This document shows positions 1 to 12,907 of a stretch of DNA of 64,000 nt, piece by piece. A model generated the notes under the pieces. It was not told the DNA's origin. It ran no database searches and saw only the letters and a program-made list of their open reading frames with translations. The stretch is from Octopus vulgaris (Eukaryota), in assembly GCA_951406725.2 (NCBI GenBank), contig OX597831.1, positions 10,788,001-10,852,000 of the forward strand, in the 5' to 3' direction. The first letter of the stretch is position 1, and each line of letters begins with the position of its first letter. Made by a program: the position numbers and the translations under genes.

Positions 1-397
1 ATACCCATCATGACTACCCGTCTGATAAGGGTACACCAGGCACATGCATCACAACCATATGTGCGCGATATGATGATCTCATAACAAGATAAACAGCGCA
101 TGACCTTGCGGGTGGGGTCCAGTTAGAATTTTCTTCTGGTTGGGTAACCCATCCCACTCAAAAGGTCCCTGATTAAGGGTTGTTTAAGGATGTTGAATGA
201 AACACCCATGTTTCCAGAGGGGAATCATTCAAACCCCAAAGAATCCCTCTCAACACATGGCCATGATGCTCCCCCACTACTTCTACTCGTGATCAGAGAT
301 GCACATATCGTCAGCCACTAAGGGACATGCTCAACTGGTTAAGGTCAAACAACTGACAAGAAAAGCTGTGGTATTGAGCAGAATATTTGCTGTAGCC
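1..397 (-). mobile_element. 3' region of an (AAT)n-tailed retroposon (family X), running off the window edge
   Basis: The same sequence (cccgtctgataagggtacaccaggcacatgcatcacaaccatatgtgcgcg) recurs at 14502-14627, 48141-48270 and inverted at 36455-36697, where each copy ends in an AAT-type tail. No convincing ORF. Confidence 0.75.
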
Positions 398-398
398 C

Positions 399-442
<44 letters not shown>

Positions 443-446
<4 letters not shown>

Positions 447-2250
447 TTGAGGAAAACTCTCAGTATATTTTTCTGGGTATGACTGAAAGTGTCAGCTGTA
501 GACAGCCCGCAGACTAAGGTGGCATTTATTTACTTATCATGCTTTAAGAACCCTGTGGTGAACCCTTCCACTTCCAAGTAATGCTGGTTTTTGAGCCACG
601 TTACTAGTTGGCTGCTGATACTTCCAAATACGCCAATCAGTATTAATAGCAGGTCTACTCCTGTCACTGACCACAAACTTCGCTTTTCACTTCAATTCAT
701 CCTAGTTGTTCACTTTGCTTCTTTCTCTTCGGTCTTGTTGTCACCAGGACATGCTATATCGATTATCAGACGTGTCTTTGTCTTTTCCGTTCACCATAAT
801 GATGTCAGGTTTCGAAGTTTGATCTGATGATCACACTGAATCATTCCATCCCACAGGATTTGACAGTCAGCATTTTCAAAAACTCCTTTTGGGATTCGGT
901 CAAACTACGTCTTTGATCTTTCTAGGTAATAAGTTCCACAGAGCTCCCAATGGCTCGTTCTCGCCACATTGTCATGTCATCTTTTGTAATCGCACTCAAC
1001 CAATTTTGGTCATTCGCTAGCGATGTGTCATATTGTTCCACCCCTCTCACCACACATTCTGCTTTTGTCGGTCTCGGTAAGGTTGTCGATTTGACACTTC
1101 ACATAGTTAGTCCTTAATGCTTGTCCTTGTGCTGCGCATATAGAAGTGCTTCTTTCTCCATCTTCAAGTCACTCCTCCTCATCCATAGCCACCGGTCTTC
1201 TGTATCTGTCTTTGCGTGCGTTTCCCTTGCAAACTCACCGTACAATTTCTCCTTCCACGTGTTTTTTTGTGTTCGTTTCCTCTAAGTTTTTAAACAATTT
1301 TGGTTCCCCGGTATTTTTACATACCACGCCAAGCTGTTTTTATGCCAACTGGTCAAACCCCACCAATCCTTTCTTCAGGACAAGTACAGCCTATCGGTGT
1401 CAATCCTAAGATAGAAGGTTCTGTGCACTGTTAATATTTTTCTTGTCTACGCATCCATGTTCATCAGTTCTTCATTTTACTAGTTTATGATTCCAGCTCC
1501 ATACCTAAGTGATGCTATCACCCATGAATTAACTGCTTGAATTTTAAGCCATCCGGTTAATTTTGTTCCCAACACCAATCTCAGCCTTCGGAAATATTCC
1601 ATTATCATTTGTTCTTTTATTTCTTTCTCCATGATTTCGTTAAACTCTTGTATGCCAAGGAAATTGTAGCCTTCCTTTTCAATTTGTCTAATCAGTTCTC
1701 TATTTGGTAATTCTCTTTGTGCTAGGAATTGTACCTTGCCTCTTTTCAGGTACATCATGCCACACTTCTTGTGTCCGAATTTCACTTGTGCTTCATATTT
1801 ATCAGACAGCTTCAAATCATCCATGAAGAAGAGGTGGCTGATTGTTTGGGATTTTCACTTTAGCTGATACCCGAGATTCATTTTCTGAAGTACCAAGGTC
1901 AAAAGAATTATGCAGAGAACAGAAAGCAACGGAAATAATCCACCGCCTTGGAAAATCCCTTTTCTGCTGCCCAGGGCGCTCAAGCTTTGTCCGTAGGATA
2001 TCAACTCAGAAACCACGTTACATTCCTCGCAGTTCCAAACAAATCCAAGCACTCGATGATCCACGAATGTGGATTCATATCCTAAACCTTACGATAATCA
2101 ATCCACGTCCTTTACACATTTCTCCTCCTTCGTTTACAATCTTCCATTACCATTTAGTTTATGCATGACTGGTGCTTGATACTCTGCATCTCCTCCGTCG
2201 GTGACATCTCGTTCTCATCAAGAAATTTGTACAGTTCTTCTGCAATTCTT
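443..2250 (-). mobile_element. Degenerate RLE-type non-LTR retrotransposon (Dong/R4-like): RT C-terminus, zinc knuckle, restriction-like endonuclease
   Basis: ORF 1855-2064 has GIFQG..PLL. ORF 1480-1824 has MDDLKL, GYNFLGI, EYFRRLRLVL and LRYGAGIIN. Broken frames at 600-1130 read QALRTNY, RMCGERGGTI*HIASE, HDNVAR, ILWDGMIQCDH and LIIDIACPGD. The 3' end runs into (TTA)n at 398-442. Confidence 0.85.
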
Positions 2251-2257
2251 CATCTTC

Positions 2258-2286
2258 ATTATTATTATTATTATCATCATCATCAA

Positions 2287-2346
<60 letters not shown>

Positions 2347-2361
2347 TATTATTTTTATTAC

Positions 2362-2401
<40 letters not shown>

Positions 2402-2430
2402 GGTAGTAGTATTGTTGTTGTTGTTTTTGT
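2258..2430. repeat. Compound triplet microsatellite (TAT/CAT/TAG/TGG/TTG)n
   Basis: Directly visible. Confidence 0.95.
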
Positions 2431-3496
2431 TATTGCTATCGTCCTGATCTTGTATGGGTAACGACCGCGGAGTATCTGAGATTCCTCAGAACACAGACAG
2501 TAATAAAGAAACGGCAAGTCACTCTGTGTTAAGAATGTCTAAGGTATATCTTCACCTTTCAGACGTTTTAGTATTACCCGTTTATTCTGATTATTTGAAA
2601 TGGTCATCTTAAAGTGCTTCACATATTTTCCAATTTAATCTGTTGGCAGTTTTTCTGCTGTTAATAATAGATTATTGCTTCTTGTCCACAGAATTTCTTA
2701 GTGCATTTCACTTCGTTTTAAAATGTTTGTTTAATTCGTTGTTTCAGGATTTCTTATAAGCTATTTTGTCTATAGATTTTCGACATCGTTCAGCCAGTCA
2801 CGTATGATCGTTGTCGTCGCTGAATTGAAAGCTCTTTTGATTCTCAATATATTTATTCGTATTTGACAGTTGTCTACATTCCAGTGTCCGATTTATGTTA
2901 TATAATTATACATCTATGTTGCTTTTCCATCTTCATTTACCTTCAGGTTTCAAGTGAAATTGCATTTCTCATTTATCTAATATTTCTAAGTATTTTCTTC
3001 GTGAAATATATGACCAGCAAATGACGACAAAATATCTTACATCAACCACTCAACGCCTCTGCGCATCTCTTCATAAGTCACTCAAATCTCGATCTGCTAA
3101 AATCAGCCATTAAATCTATCTGAGATCATACTTTACTCTCGTATTTGACAACGCTGCTCTATATCTAAATTGATTTTATATGGAACATGGCAGGGAAGTC
3201 ATGGCAGGAATGTCGGTGATATTGGTTCTCCTCAACCAAAACCTAATGCGGAGCTCAAACAATTCCGGATATAGACTCTTGAAGTTCTCTAAACCACCTG
3301 CACAAATCATTTGTTTATAGTGATCAAGTATAAGCGCTATACATCATGTGATCCCATTCATCAAATTGACGTTTCCTGAACAGGTGAATGTCGTACCACA
3401 CATCAGATGCCGAAGCGACAAAAGAGCAACGAGATATGGAGTGTTTTTCCTTCAAGAACGCAATACACATTAATACCCACACGCACACACGCACAC

Positions 3497-3709
<213 letters not shown>

Positions 3710-4640
3710 TGGAGAGTGTCATCGTAGAACGTTTTCATCATACATCCATTGAATCGGTGTTTAGATGAAGCGAAAAGAATCACAAGAATCACCCAGCAAA
3801 ATCTTTCGAGAGGGCGTCCTTCCTTTTTGGTGCAGACGTACAAAGGAGAGAAGTGGCCTTATGCCACCGTATTGGATACTTTCACACCTAAAACAGTTAA
3901 ATACTTCCCATGCAACTGCACAATAAGCAGTTTCTTCCCCCCTGGAATAAAATCGCTTGATTTAATTTAATTTTCTCTGTATAATATTGCAGCTAAGCAG
4001 TATCGTTGGTGATGAAAAATTTAGTGAAGTCTTCCATCTTATTTTCTGCAATTGGTTTGGTGTTCAGGATTTTGGAGTATTCTGCGGTGAAATTAATTTC
4101 GTTTTTTCATACTGCCTCCTCCTTTATCCTTCACCATATGATTGCTTCTAGAAGTTCCAGTCCAGCATCCAATCCATCATGTAATAGAACTCTGTCAATT
4201 TTATATTTATAAATTAGGCTTTAGCATCGTTGTTCAAGCGAAATCTCCTGCCTACATTATTGCTTATTGCATTTTACTGCTTAAGTAATAAATCCGGCAG
4301 CTTACGTATGCTTCTATGAAGATTTCAAGTGTTCTTTGTAGAGAAGATATTTGACCTTCAGCTTTCTATAGATTTTACATCCAGTTTAACGACAATATAA
4401 CTCATAGTTTGCTTGTTTAAAAGGGAAAACTTACATCGCCATTTTACTTCGTATGCACAAATGCCAAACGAAATGATATGATCCTCGAACTCACAATGAA
4501 CTCTTCTAGAATTTCCATATCATTGACATGTCCAATGCCTCGTCAAAAATATTTGTCTCTTTAGAGATAAGATACAATTCTTATCTCTCTTCGCTATTTT
4601 ACGTTCTAAATACTATACATATTAATATATCCTTTATGCT

Positions 4641-4823
4641 ATAGGCACAACACCTGAACTTTAGGAGGAGGGGGACTATTCGATTACATCGGCCCCAGAG
4701 CGTAACTGGTACTTAATTTACCGACTTCGAAAGGATGATATTGCAAAGTTGACCCCGGCGGCATTTGAACTCAGATCTGCTAACATTTCGCCCTGACGTG
4801 CTAACGACTCTAAAAGCTCGCCG
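4641..4823 (-). mobile_element. tRNA-derived SINE family B, diverged copy
   Basis: Reverse complement matches the 5271-5500 copy (head gagctggcagaa..gttagcacg, B-box-like gagttcaaat, core tcatcctttcg..gtcgataaattaagtaccag). Confidence 0.8.
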
Positions 4824-4849
4824 ACTTTATACTTATGTTCTGATGCGCG

Positions 4850-5195
4850 AGAAGGCACATTGTTCAGTGGTTTGAGCATCGGGCTCGCAATCACGAGGTA
4901 GTGAGTTCAATTCACGGGCCGGGCTGTGTACTGCGTTCTTGAATACAGCACTGTATTTCACGTTGCTATTGTTCACTCAACTGAAGAAATGAGTTCCGAC
5001 GTCACTGGCACCGAGCTGTATCGGATTCCACCCACTTCTTTGGGTGACATCGGTAGCGTGGAGAGGGAGGCTGGTATGCGTGGGTAACTGCTTGTCTGCC
5101 ATTAACAACCTTGCCAAGAACTTGTACTTCTTGTGGGTAACTTTCTGTGTGAAATCCAATTGTCATTCATTACCGAAAGGGGTCTTTACCCCTTT
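4850..5195 (+). mobile_element. tRNA-derived SINE family D
   Basis: A-box-like tgttcagtgg and B-box gagttcaattc, then the body gttcttgaatacagcactgtatttcacgttgct..cactcaactg, reminiscent of V/CORE-type SINE central domains. A related body lies at about 59470-59520. Confidence 0.6.
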
Positions 5196-5270
5196 TTTTA
5201 CCCTTGATGAAAGAAATGTATTTTTTTTTACCTTCGAAATGTTTTTCTCCTCCTGTTAGTAGAAACTAGT

Positions 5271-5677
5271 AAGGCGTGGAGCTGGCAGAAACGTTAGCAC
5301 GCCGGGCGAAATGCTTAGCCGTATTTCGTCTGCCGTTACGTTCAGAGTTCAAATTCCGCCGAGGTCGACTTTGCCTTTCATCCTTTCGGGTCGATAAATT
5401 AAGTACCAGTTACTCACTGGGGTCGATGTAATCGACTTGATTCGTTTGTTTGTCCTTGTTTGTCCTCTCTGTGTTTAGCCCCTTGTGGGTAGTAAAGAAA
5501 TAATTATTTCGTCTCTCTCTAAGTTCTGAGATCAAATTCCACCGAAGTCGACTTATCCTTTTATCCTTTCGGGGTCGATAAATTAAGTGCCAGTTGCGTA
5601 CTGGGATCGATCTAATCGACTGGTATCCCCTTCCCCACAAAATTCAGGCCTTGTGCCAAGAACAGTAAAATATTAAC
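5271..5677 (+). mobile_element. SINE family B, 1.7-mer with 10-bp target-site duplication
   Basis: Head, core and tail 1, then a second core and tail 2. Flanked by AGAAACTAGT at 5261-5270 and 5678-5687. Confidence 0.9.
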
Positions 5678-6073
5678 AGAAACTAGTGATGTACCCATTA
5701 AAGCAATAAAAAAAATTTGTGCAAATAATAAATCTTCACTCAAATAAGATATTTTATATTGATATAAGCCAAACGGACTCTGTACGTGATCACGTGATCA
5801 GCTAAAGTCACTCGTTAAATCTTTCTTGATTAATACTTTACTCTCATAAAAATCTAGTCATTCGATAATACTGTTATTTATGTTATGTATGAAAAAACGT
5901 CAGGAAAGACGTGGAAATGCCGCTGATGATTCTGACCGGCCTGATAAGGGCTCTGCCAGCGCCTAGCCTAACGTACATCTATAATCAGAGAAGAACATGT
6001 CCTTGAACACTGTATTCCTTTATTCATATTATACGTATATATATATATATATATATATATGCTGGTGGTGTTG

Positions 6074-6442
6074 CTGTTGCTGTTGAGCGTAGCGGTCTTT
6101 GTCCTAGTGGGAGAAGTCCGAAGCGTGGTCCTTTGCTATTCGTAAGACCCGCAGAAGAGAAAGCAGGTCAACCCCCGACACCGAGAGCATCGACGGATGG
6201 ATGAATGCGCATCCAGGCTCAGCGGTTGCGTAGAAAGTTGGGGACAAGACACAGGAAGAAACAGTGAGAGAAAGTTGTAGCGAAAGAGTACAACAGGGGT
6301 CGCCACCACCACCTGCCGGAGTCTCGTAGAGCTTTAGGTGTTTTCGCTCAATAAACACACACAACGCTCGGTCTGGGAATCGAAACCGCGATCCTCCGAC
6401 CACGAGTCCGCTGCCCTAACCATTGGGCCATTGCGCCTCCAC
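6074..6442 (-). mobile_element. tRNA-derived SINE family C, full length, 14-bp TSD
   Basis: Minus-strand head ggaggcgcaatggcccaatggttagggcagcggactcg..ggtttcgattccc carries A and B boxes. TSD TGCTGGTGGTGTTG at 6060-6073 and 6443-6456. Confidence 0.9.
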
Positions 6443-7429
6443 TGCTGGTGGTGTTGTTGTTGGTGGTGGGCAATATGTATGACCTAGTGTTTAGGCGTAA
6501 AACACTCATGATCTAGCGATTGTAGTTTCCATTCTGGTAGGGAACAGCGCTTTGTGTTCTGGAACAAAAGCATCGTTTGGTCCGACAATTTGGTCGATCA
6601 CACGATGACGTTACACCTATATATATATGCTCGTAACTGTTGTAGATCGATTCAATCTAAGCCTACTTTAAATGAAACAACCACCGTTCGATGGAAAAAT
6701 AGACGTTATTGCAATAGAAGAGATATTGGAAGGCATTCCAACCATAAAATATTTCTCACTAAAATATGAATGTTATGGGTTTCATAAGCAAGCGAATGAG
6801 AGATTCTCCAGGAAGTCTTTCAACTTACGGGAAACAGTATCGAAAACATCAATCCTCTTACCATTGATAAAAATGAAGTCAGTTTAGATAATATAGTCCA
6901 GGGTGCATTACATCCGGAAAGGGATTACCCGGTCATTCATAGAAATTACTTAATTATAAGCCAGATCAAGGAAGAATGGTGTTTATACGAACACAACTAA
7001 TTAAATTTAAAATGACCATTCCTAAATACAACTATAACTAATTTAATGATATTTTCTTTTTCTAACATTGTTCCTGCAATTTACTGGGGTTTGATGGGAG
7101 CACAGTTGAATGCATACCCTCCAGTTTTTGAATTTTCCTTTATCTCGCCGTGATGAAATGCAATGTTCATAACAGCAGAATTTAAATTCAGATTTAGCAA
7201 AAATGCTAGTTAATTTAGGTAGGAATCTTGAAGATTTGAGGGCAGAATTTAGTCGATATCGTCACTCCGGTACATTATCGCCTCCATTAGTTTAGAATGC
7301 AAATTTGGCTTCGGTGTAATTTGAACTCAGAATATAAAGAGCCGTAACGCATAACAAATTATTTTTTACAGACTCTAATGATTTTGCCACTGCAAACATT
7401 AATTATCTCACGAAATGATTATAGCACTA

Positions 7430-7471
<42 letters not shown>

Positions 7472-10092
7472 CCATAAAGATCTTATAGATCATATTTTTA
7501 AAGTGTAGTTTGTAATAAAATATTGCCACAAATTCTGTTTATATGATATTGTTGTAGTTTTGTAGTTAATAGAAATTCATTGTTTAATCTAAGTTTCGTT
7601 TTAGTGCTCATCTGGGGACTGTCAGTTTATTGGCGCTTAGTTATACTAATATATTAGATATAAACAATACCAAAATTGTTATTAATTTGCATTGTGTTTT
7701 AATGGTTTGTGAACATTTTCGTTTCTTTAACCGAAGTGATTATTTGTTCCGTATTTCCCGTTAGAGATAACTGAACAATCCATTATAATCACACTTGTGA
7801 ATATCGTGTGCCATTATTAATTTGAGAATGGTTTTAACCAAACTGATTCCTATTAGGTTGTTAACGCATTTATTATTTATTTATTTATTTATTTGAGTGA
7901 CGTCGCTATGCCTTCAAAGATGCACATTGAAAACGCTTTCGAATCGCGATTTTTTTGCTGGTTTGTTTGTAGTAATACCTCTACGCGATGTACACTACTG
8001 TGTTAATATCCAAATGTAGTGTAGGCTCAGAACGGTTTTCTTTAATGCTATCTGCTTCTTGTACATCCAAGTGATCAGAGTGTTGCACGAACAATGGCAA
8101 GATCGTACTTACTATTCCCAGATCAGCGGTGAGTTGTATTATTGAATAAAACACTTCATTCACGTTGCTGAAGTCCCCTCACCTGTATATAAGTAATCCT
8201 GGGACGGACTGGTTTTCGTTCAGGGGCCGGAAATGTTGGCCATCTCTATATAACCAGAAACGGCGTAGGGGTAGACTTGAAATCACGATTTAAAGTCTAC
8301 CCCTTCAGCGGCCGAAGAGACGTCCGAAATTTCTTCATATGTACATTATCTAAAATATCTCGGTGAAGCAGATGGCATTGCATCTGCATAATTGAAGATA
8401 TTGACCGACAGCAAATAATGGTGGAGATCTATAATGAAAGATGTAGCAATAGGAAGAAAAAAGGGGGAAAACAATTAAAACATCCGCTGTACTACCAACA
8501 GTTTACTGGGGTATCTGTTGCGAGAAGTGTGCAATGGCGTTTGGTGTACAACACTACGAAACAGCTGTGTATTGTTGGTAAGTTCCATCATTATAAAACT
8601 TTCTCCTGATAGTAAGCCATGCTGGATTCGGAGTGACAACCAACAAAAAATTGTGTGTGTCTGTGTGTGCATGCGTGAATGTGTTTGTATGCATTTCTGT
8701 ATCTAACTATGTACGTATGTACCCATGTATGTATCCAAGCAAGCATATATGTAAGTAAGTAAGTATGTATGCGTTTTCGAAATGCCGTTTGTGTACATCT
8801 TTTTCTGTTTTATTGCATTTGGTTCGCTGCGCAGAGAGAATGATATTTCATCATCCTGTTGATTTTTCATTAAAATGTTCCTCTTCTATTTCCTGTATTA
8901 AATTTGCGACCACCATTTCTTTCTCTTTTTTTTTTTTTGTCATGTTAAACCAAGCGATATTATAATGGATTATACCGATAATCTTCCTGTGTCCAAGATT
9001 GCTTCCAGAAGATTTATTTATGCGTGTTTTGTATTCGTTTATTCACTACTTGATAAGGAGAATATTTTAAATCCTTAACGGTTCTCATCCAAGAAGGTTT
9101 TGTTTTTCTATTATCATTATTTTCCATTTAATATGCTTTCTGCGTTTTCTACGCTTGTGATTTGGTTTAGTTTCCTTTAATATGAATTATCTTGTTTCTT
9201 CGAATTACATGTTATATTATGTGGTTTGCATGATATACATGTAGCGTTGAAAAATCTATGATTACTTGTTACGTTAATGGTGTAGACCTACGGGCGGCAA
9301 ACTGGCAGAGTAATTAGGGCGTAGGATAAAAAAAGCCGTCGTAAAGGTCATGCCGGCCTTCTTGTACAATGATTTCAAATGTGATCGTTGCAAGTTTCTC
9401 CTTTCGTCTTACCACGGTCGTCAAATAAATTACTTAGCGTGTACAGTAATCACGTTTTTTCGATCTTTCTTTATAGAGGTGTGTTTTGGAATGTGCTGCT
9501 CACCATATAATTTTTTAAAAAATTGTTTTTGCTTCGGAAAAGGAACAGGTTTGTGTGAGGGCTTAGCAATATATTACAGAAGAAAAAAAACATTGCACAG
9601 GATACGTCTAAAGACTGATCGATGTGATCTGCAATACAGCACAAAACAGAATTTTTGAAAAAAATACTATTATTTTATTATATTTTATTTTTCATAACTC
9701 TATTGTTGTACGATCGTTTTTTGTGTTTCTTTTTTTCTACTTTTAATTTTAGGTGTTTCCGGATATCTTCTCGTTCATGTCATTTATTCTTTTATATTCA
9801 GAAATATCGTTATCTAAATTTAATCTTGAATTCAATTTTTTTTTCTTTGGCTTCTTTGAAAAAAAAAAATTTCTTCCTATTATTACAGTTTCCAAGTCTT
9901 GTAGCAGGAAAATAGGCTTTCATTTTAAGAGCATATTTTCATTTTAAGTGCACACTTATGCAGAAATACACACTACGCTAGAGTTCCATTCTATTCTCTT
10001 GATTGATCTGTTGTCTTCTGAAGTCAGTGCATGTAGATGATTCAATATATTCCTCTCTGGAATTTTAAAACTTTCACTGAAACGCTATATGT

Positions 10093-10284
10093 ATGTGTTT
10101 CTATGTATGTCTCGTTGATTGCTTGCCTATGTATTGTTGTACGTGTGCCTGTATAGGTTTGTGCTGAGGTTCATGCGTAAGTTACAATTTCTTTGTTTTA
10201 ATATCTACTCAGAACATTCGTCATAAGTTTCGAATATCGACTTGATATTCTTGCTTTTTTATTTTATTTTCCACGTCATGTACA
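10093..10284 (+). repeat. 192-bp direct duplication, copy 1 (copy 2 at 12047-12238)
   Basis: The two copies align over 192 bp with two substitutions seen. Confidence 0.95.
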
Positions 10285-10499
10285 AGTATTTCATTCCTCT
10301 TAAATATATATCCTTGCTTCTCTAGTTGTATATAATGTTAGCTTATTCCTTATTCTTCCATAATTCCTATCATTTATAATCCATTTATAGACAAAAATAT
10401 TTGAGTCAAAACGAGGCACTTGTCTACCAACCGAACGCTTGACGGTTCTATTGCGAACGTCACTGCATTTTAACTATGTGTGATATATCCCCGAATGAT

Positions 10500-10628
10500 A
10501 CTGTTCTATATTTTAGAGATGAGGAATTGAACTCGAAATCTTGGGGTTAGTAGCCCGTGCTCTTAACCATAATGCTGTATTTCCACGAGCATATAGAGTT
10601 CGATTCCAGGCAGTGCCTTGAAAAATTT

Positions 10629-10681
<53 letters not shown>

Positions 10682-10850
10682 ATTGTAATAATAACATCAG
10701 AAAAAAAACAACTTAGGAGTGAGAACCCAGCGTTGGGTTCAAAATTCTACCAGGACATATGATGCAGGCTGGAGAGTAAATCATCCGTAACATCGTGGTA
10801 ACAACAATCTAGATGAGGACATATATCTGCCCAATGTAAATAATGTAAAT
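10500..10850 (+). mobile_element. tRNA-headed, (AAT)n-spaced, hammerhead-tailed element with an inverted head segment (Penelope-like architecture), degenerate
   Basis: Minus 10524-10585 is a tRNA-like head ending in B box gagttcaattcc. Plus 10596-10607 has the same B box (gagttcgattcc), followed by (AAT)n and a tail homologous to the hammerhead-bearing copy at 46450-46605. Confidence 0.65.
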
Positions 10851-10996
10851 ACTCCCTGGATAATTTCAGCCCTCTATAACTGGGCATACAGCATTGGGTT
10901 ATATATATCACTGCAGTAAACCAGAAGGAGACTGGCTTTGAAACAAGGAAACTGACTTCAATGAATTTTCCAAATGGCTTCCATAACAGATAGTTA

Positions 10997-11203
10997 TATT
11001 CGCTTTTTGCCTTGATTTTTTTCAGTCATTTGACTGCGGCCATGCTGAAGCAGCGCCTTTAGTCGAACAAATCGACCCCCAGGACTTACGATTTGTAAGC
11101 CAAGTACTTGTTCTATCGTACTGTTTTGCCGAACTGCTAAGTTACGGGGACGTAAACACACCCGCATCTGTTGTGAAGCGATGGTGAGGAGACAAACACT
11201 GAC

Positions 11204-11246
<43 letters not shown>

Positions 11247-11260
11247 AGCACACACATGCA

Positions 11261-11299
<39 letters not shown>

Positions 11300-11463
11300 G
11301 GCGGTATTCTCTCACTTTCCGTCTACCAAATCCACTCGCAAGGCTTTGGTCGGGCTGAGGCTATATAGTAGAAGACACTTGCTCAAGGTACCACGCAGCG
11401 GGGCAGAACTCGGAACCATGTAGTTGGTAAGCAAGCTACTTACTACGCAGCCACTCCTACGCC
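10997..11463 (-). mobile_element. tRNA-derived SINE family A with internal (TA)n/(TG)n
   Basis: Matches the intact plus copy at 38670-39083. Confidence 0.9.
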
Positions 11464-11955
11464 TTTTATTTATGTTTATCACGTATCTTTTACTTGCTTT
11501 CATCAAAGAAGTACTTGAACTGAAAAAATCCATCCCAATATTTATTATATTTTGAAGTCTGGAAGTTCTATCAGACTGTTTAATATGTTACGGAGTGTAA
11601 ACGAAACACACGCACATAAATGTCTGTATGTATCTATGTACGCATGCTTGCAGGTATGTCTGTATACATGTATCTAATATATAGATATATCTCAACTGAG
11701 GAAAAGTGTTCATAAGAGATGAAATTCATTTTAATTTATTACGCAGTTTTCAGAAACGTTCGTATTAATTGCATTTAAAATATCATTGGTTAGTTTGACT
11801 TCATTATTGTACATTATACGACTCTATGTCAGTACAAGCTCGCCAGTCCCAACTCCACTCACAGGTATACTATAAATACGATTTGGAGTAGTTCGTTGTA
11901 TTCTACTCGAGTCGGAAATTTTGCCAACATACATCGCTTTTAAGAATAACACGAA

Positions 11956-12013
11956 ATAGAAAGTAAAAAGAACCTGTTGTCCTGATGAAGGTGTCTAACT
12001 AAATTGCTAACTC
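11956..12013 (+). repeat. Short Penelope-like terminal fragment with CTGATGA half-core; inverted copy at 16138-16195
   Basis: 55-bp match (about 4 mismatches) to the reverse complement of 16141-16195. Both copies end at a (TA)n tract. Confidence 0.6.
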
Positions 12014-12046
12014 ATATATATATATATATATATATCATATTCTGGA

Positions 12047-12238
12047 ATGTGTTTCTATGTATGTCTCGTTGATTGCATGCCTATGTATTGTTGTACGTGT
12101 GCCTGTATAGGTTTGTGCTGAGGTTCATGCGTAAGTTACAATTTCTTTGTGTTAATATCTACTCAGAACATTCGTCATAAGTTTCGAATATCGACTTGAT
12201 ATTCTTGCTTTTTTATTTTATTTTCCACGTCATGTACA
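12047..12238 (+). repeat. 192-bp direct duplication, copy 2
   Basis: See 10093-10284. Confidence 0.95.
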
Positions 12239-12289
12239 TGCATACCTTCATACAAACAATACATGCATATTTTATGTATACATACATAT

Positions 12290-12321
<32 letters not shown>

Positions 12322-12322
<1 letters not shown>

Positions 12323-12724
12323 TCTTTTACTCTTTTACTTGTTTCAGTCATTTGACTGCGGCCATGCTGGAGCACCGCCTTTAGTCGAGCAACTTGACCC
12401 CGGGACTTATTCTTTGTAAGCCCAGTACTTATTCTATCGGTCTTTTTTTGCCGAACCGCTAAGTGACGGGGACGTAAACACACCAGCATCGGTTGTCAAG
12501 CAATGCTAGGAGGACAAACACAAACATACACGCACACACATATATACATATATACATATATACGACAGGCTTCTTTGAGTTTCCGTCTACCAAATCCACT
12601 CAAGGCTTTGGTCGACCCGAGGCTATAGCGGGAGACACTTGCCCAAGATGCCACGCAGTGGGACTGAACCCGGAACCATGTGGCTGGTAAACAAGCTACT
12701 TACCATACAACCACTCCTGCGCCT
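12322..12724 (-). mobile_element. SINE family A, near-intact
   Basis: Minus-strand head ggcgcaggagtggttgtatggtaagtagc..gggttcagtccc; tail cagtcaaatgactgaaacaagtaaaagag. Confidence 0.92.
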
Positions 12725-12731
12725 ATATGTA

Positions 12732-12787
<56 letters not shown>

Positions 12788-12907
12788 ATTGTTATATTTC
12801 GGAATGGTCATATTGCCAGTTTAGCCAATAAAAACACACGCACTATATATTTGGTGTTATTTTGCTTCAGTGCTATTTATTTTTTACATTAGTCTTAATC
12901 TTATTTC

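Noticed and set aside
2432-2920. Possible Penelope GIY-YIG remnant and decayed hammerhead on the minus strand
   Set aside because: Only faint motif resemblance (NWKI, CTGAGGA) and no GAAA core; too degenerate to call.
3710-4330. Possible L1/Tx1-type ORF1 relic on the minus strand
   Set aside because: Compositional impression only; no diagnostic motif.
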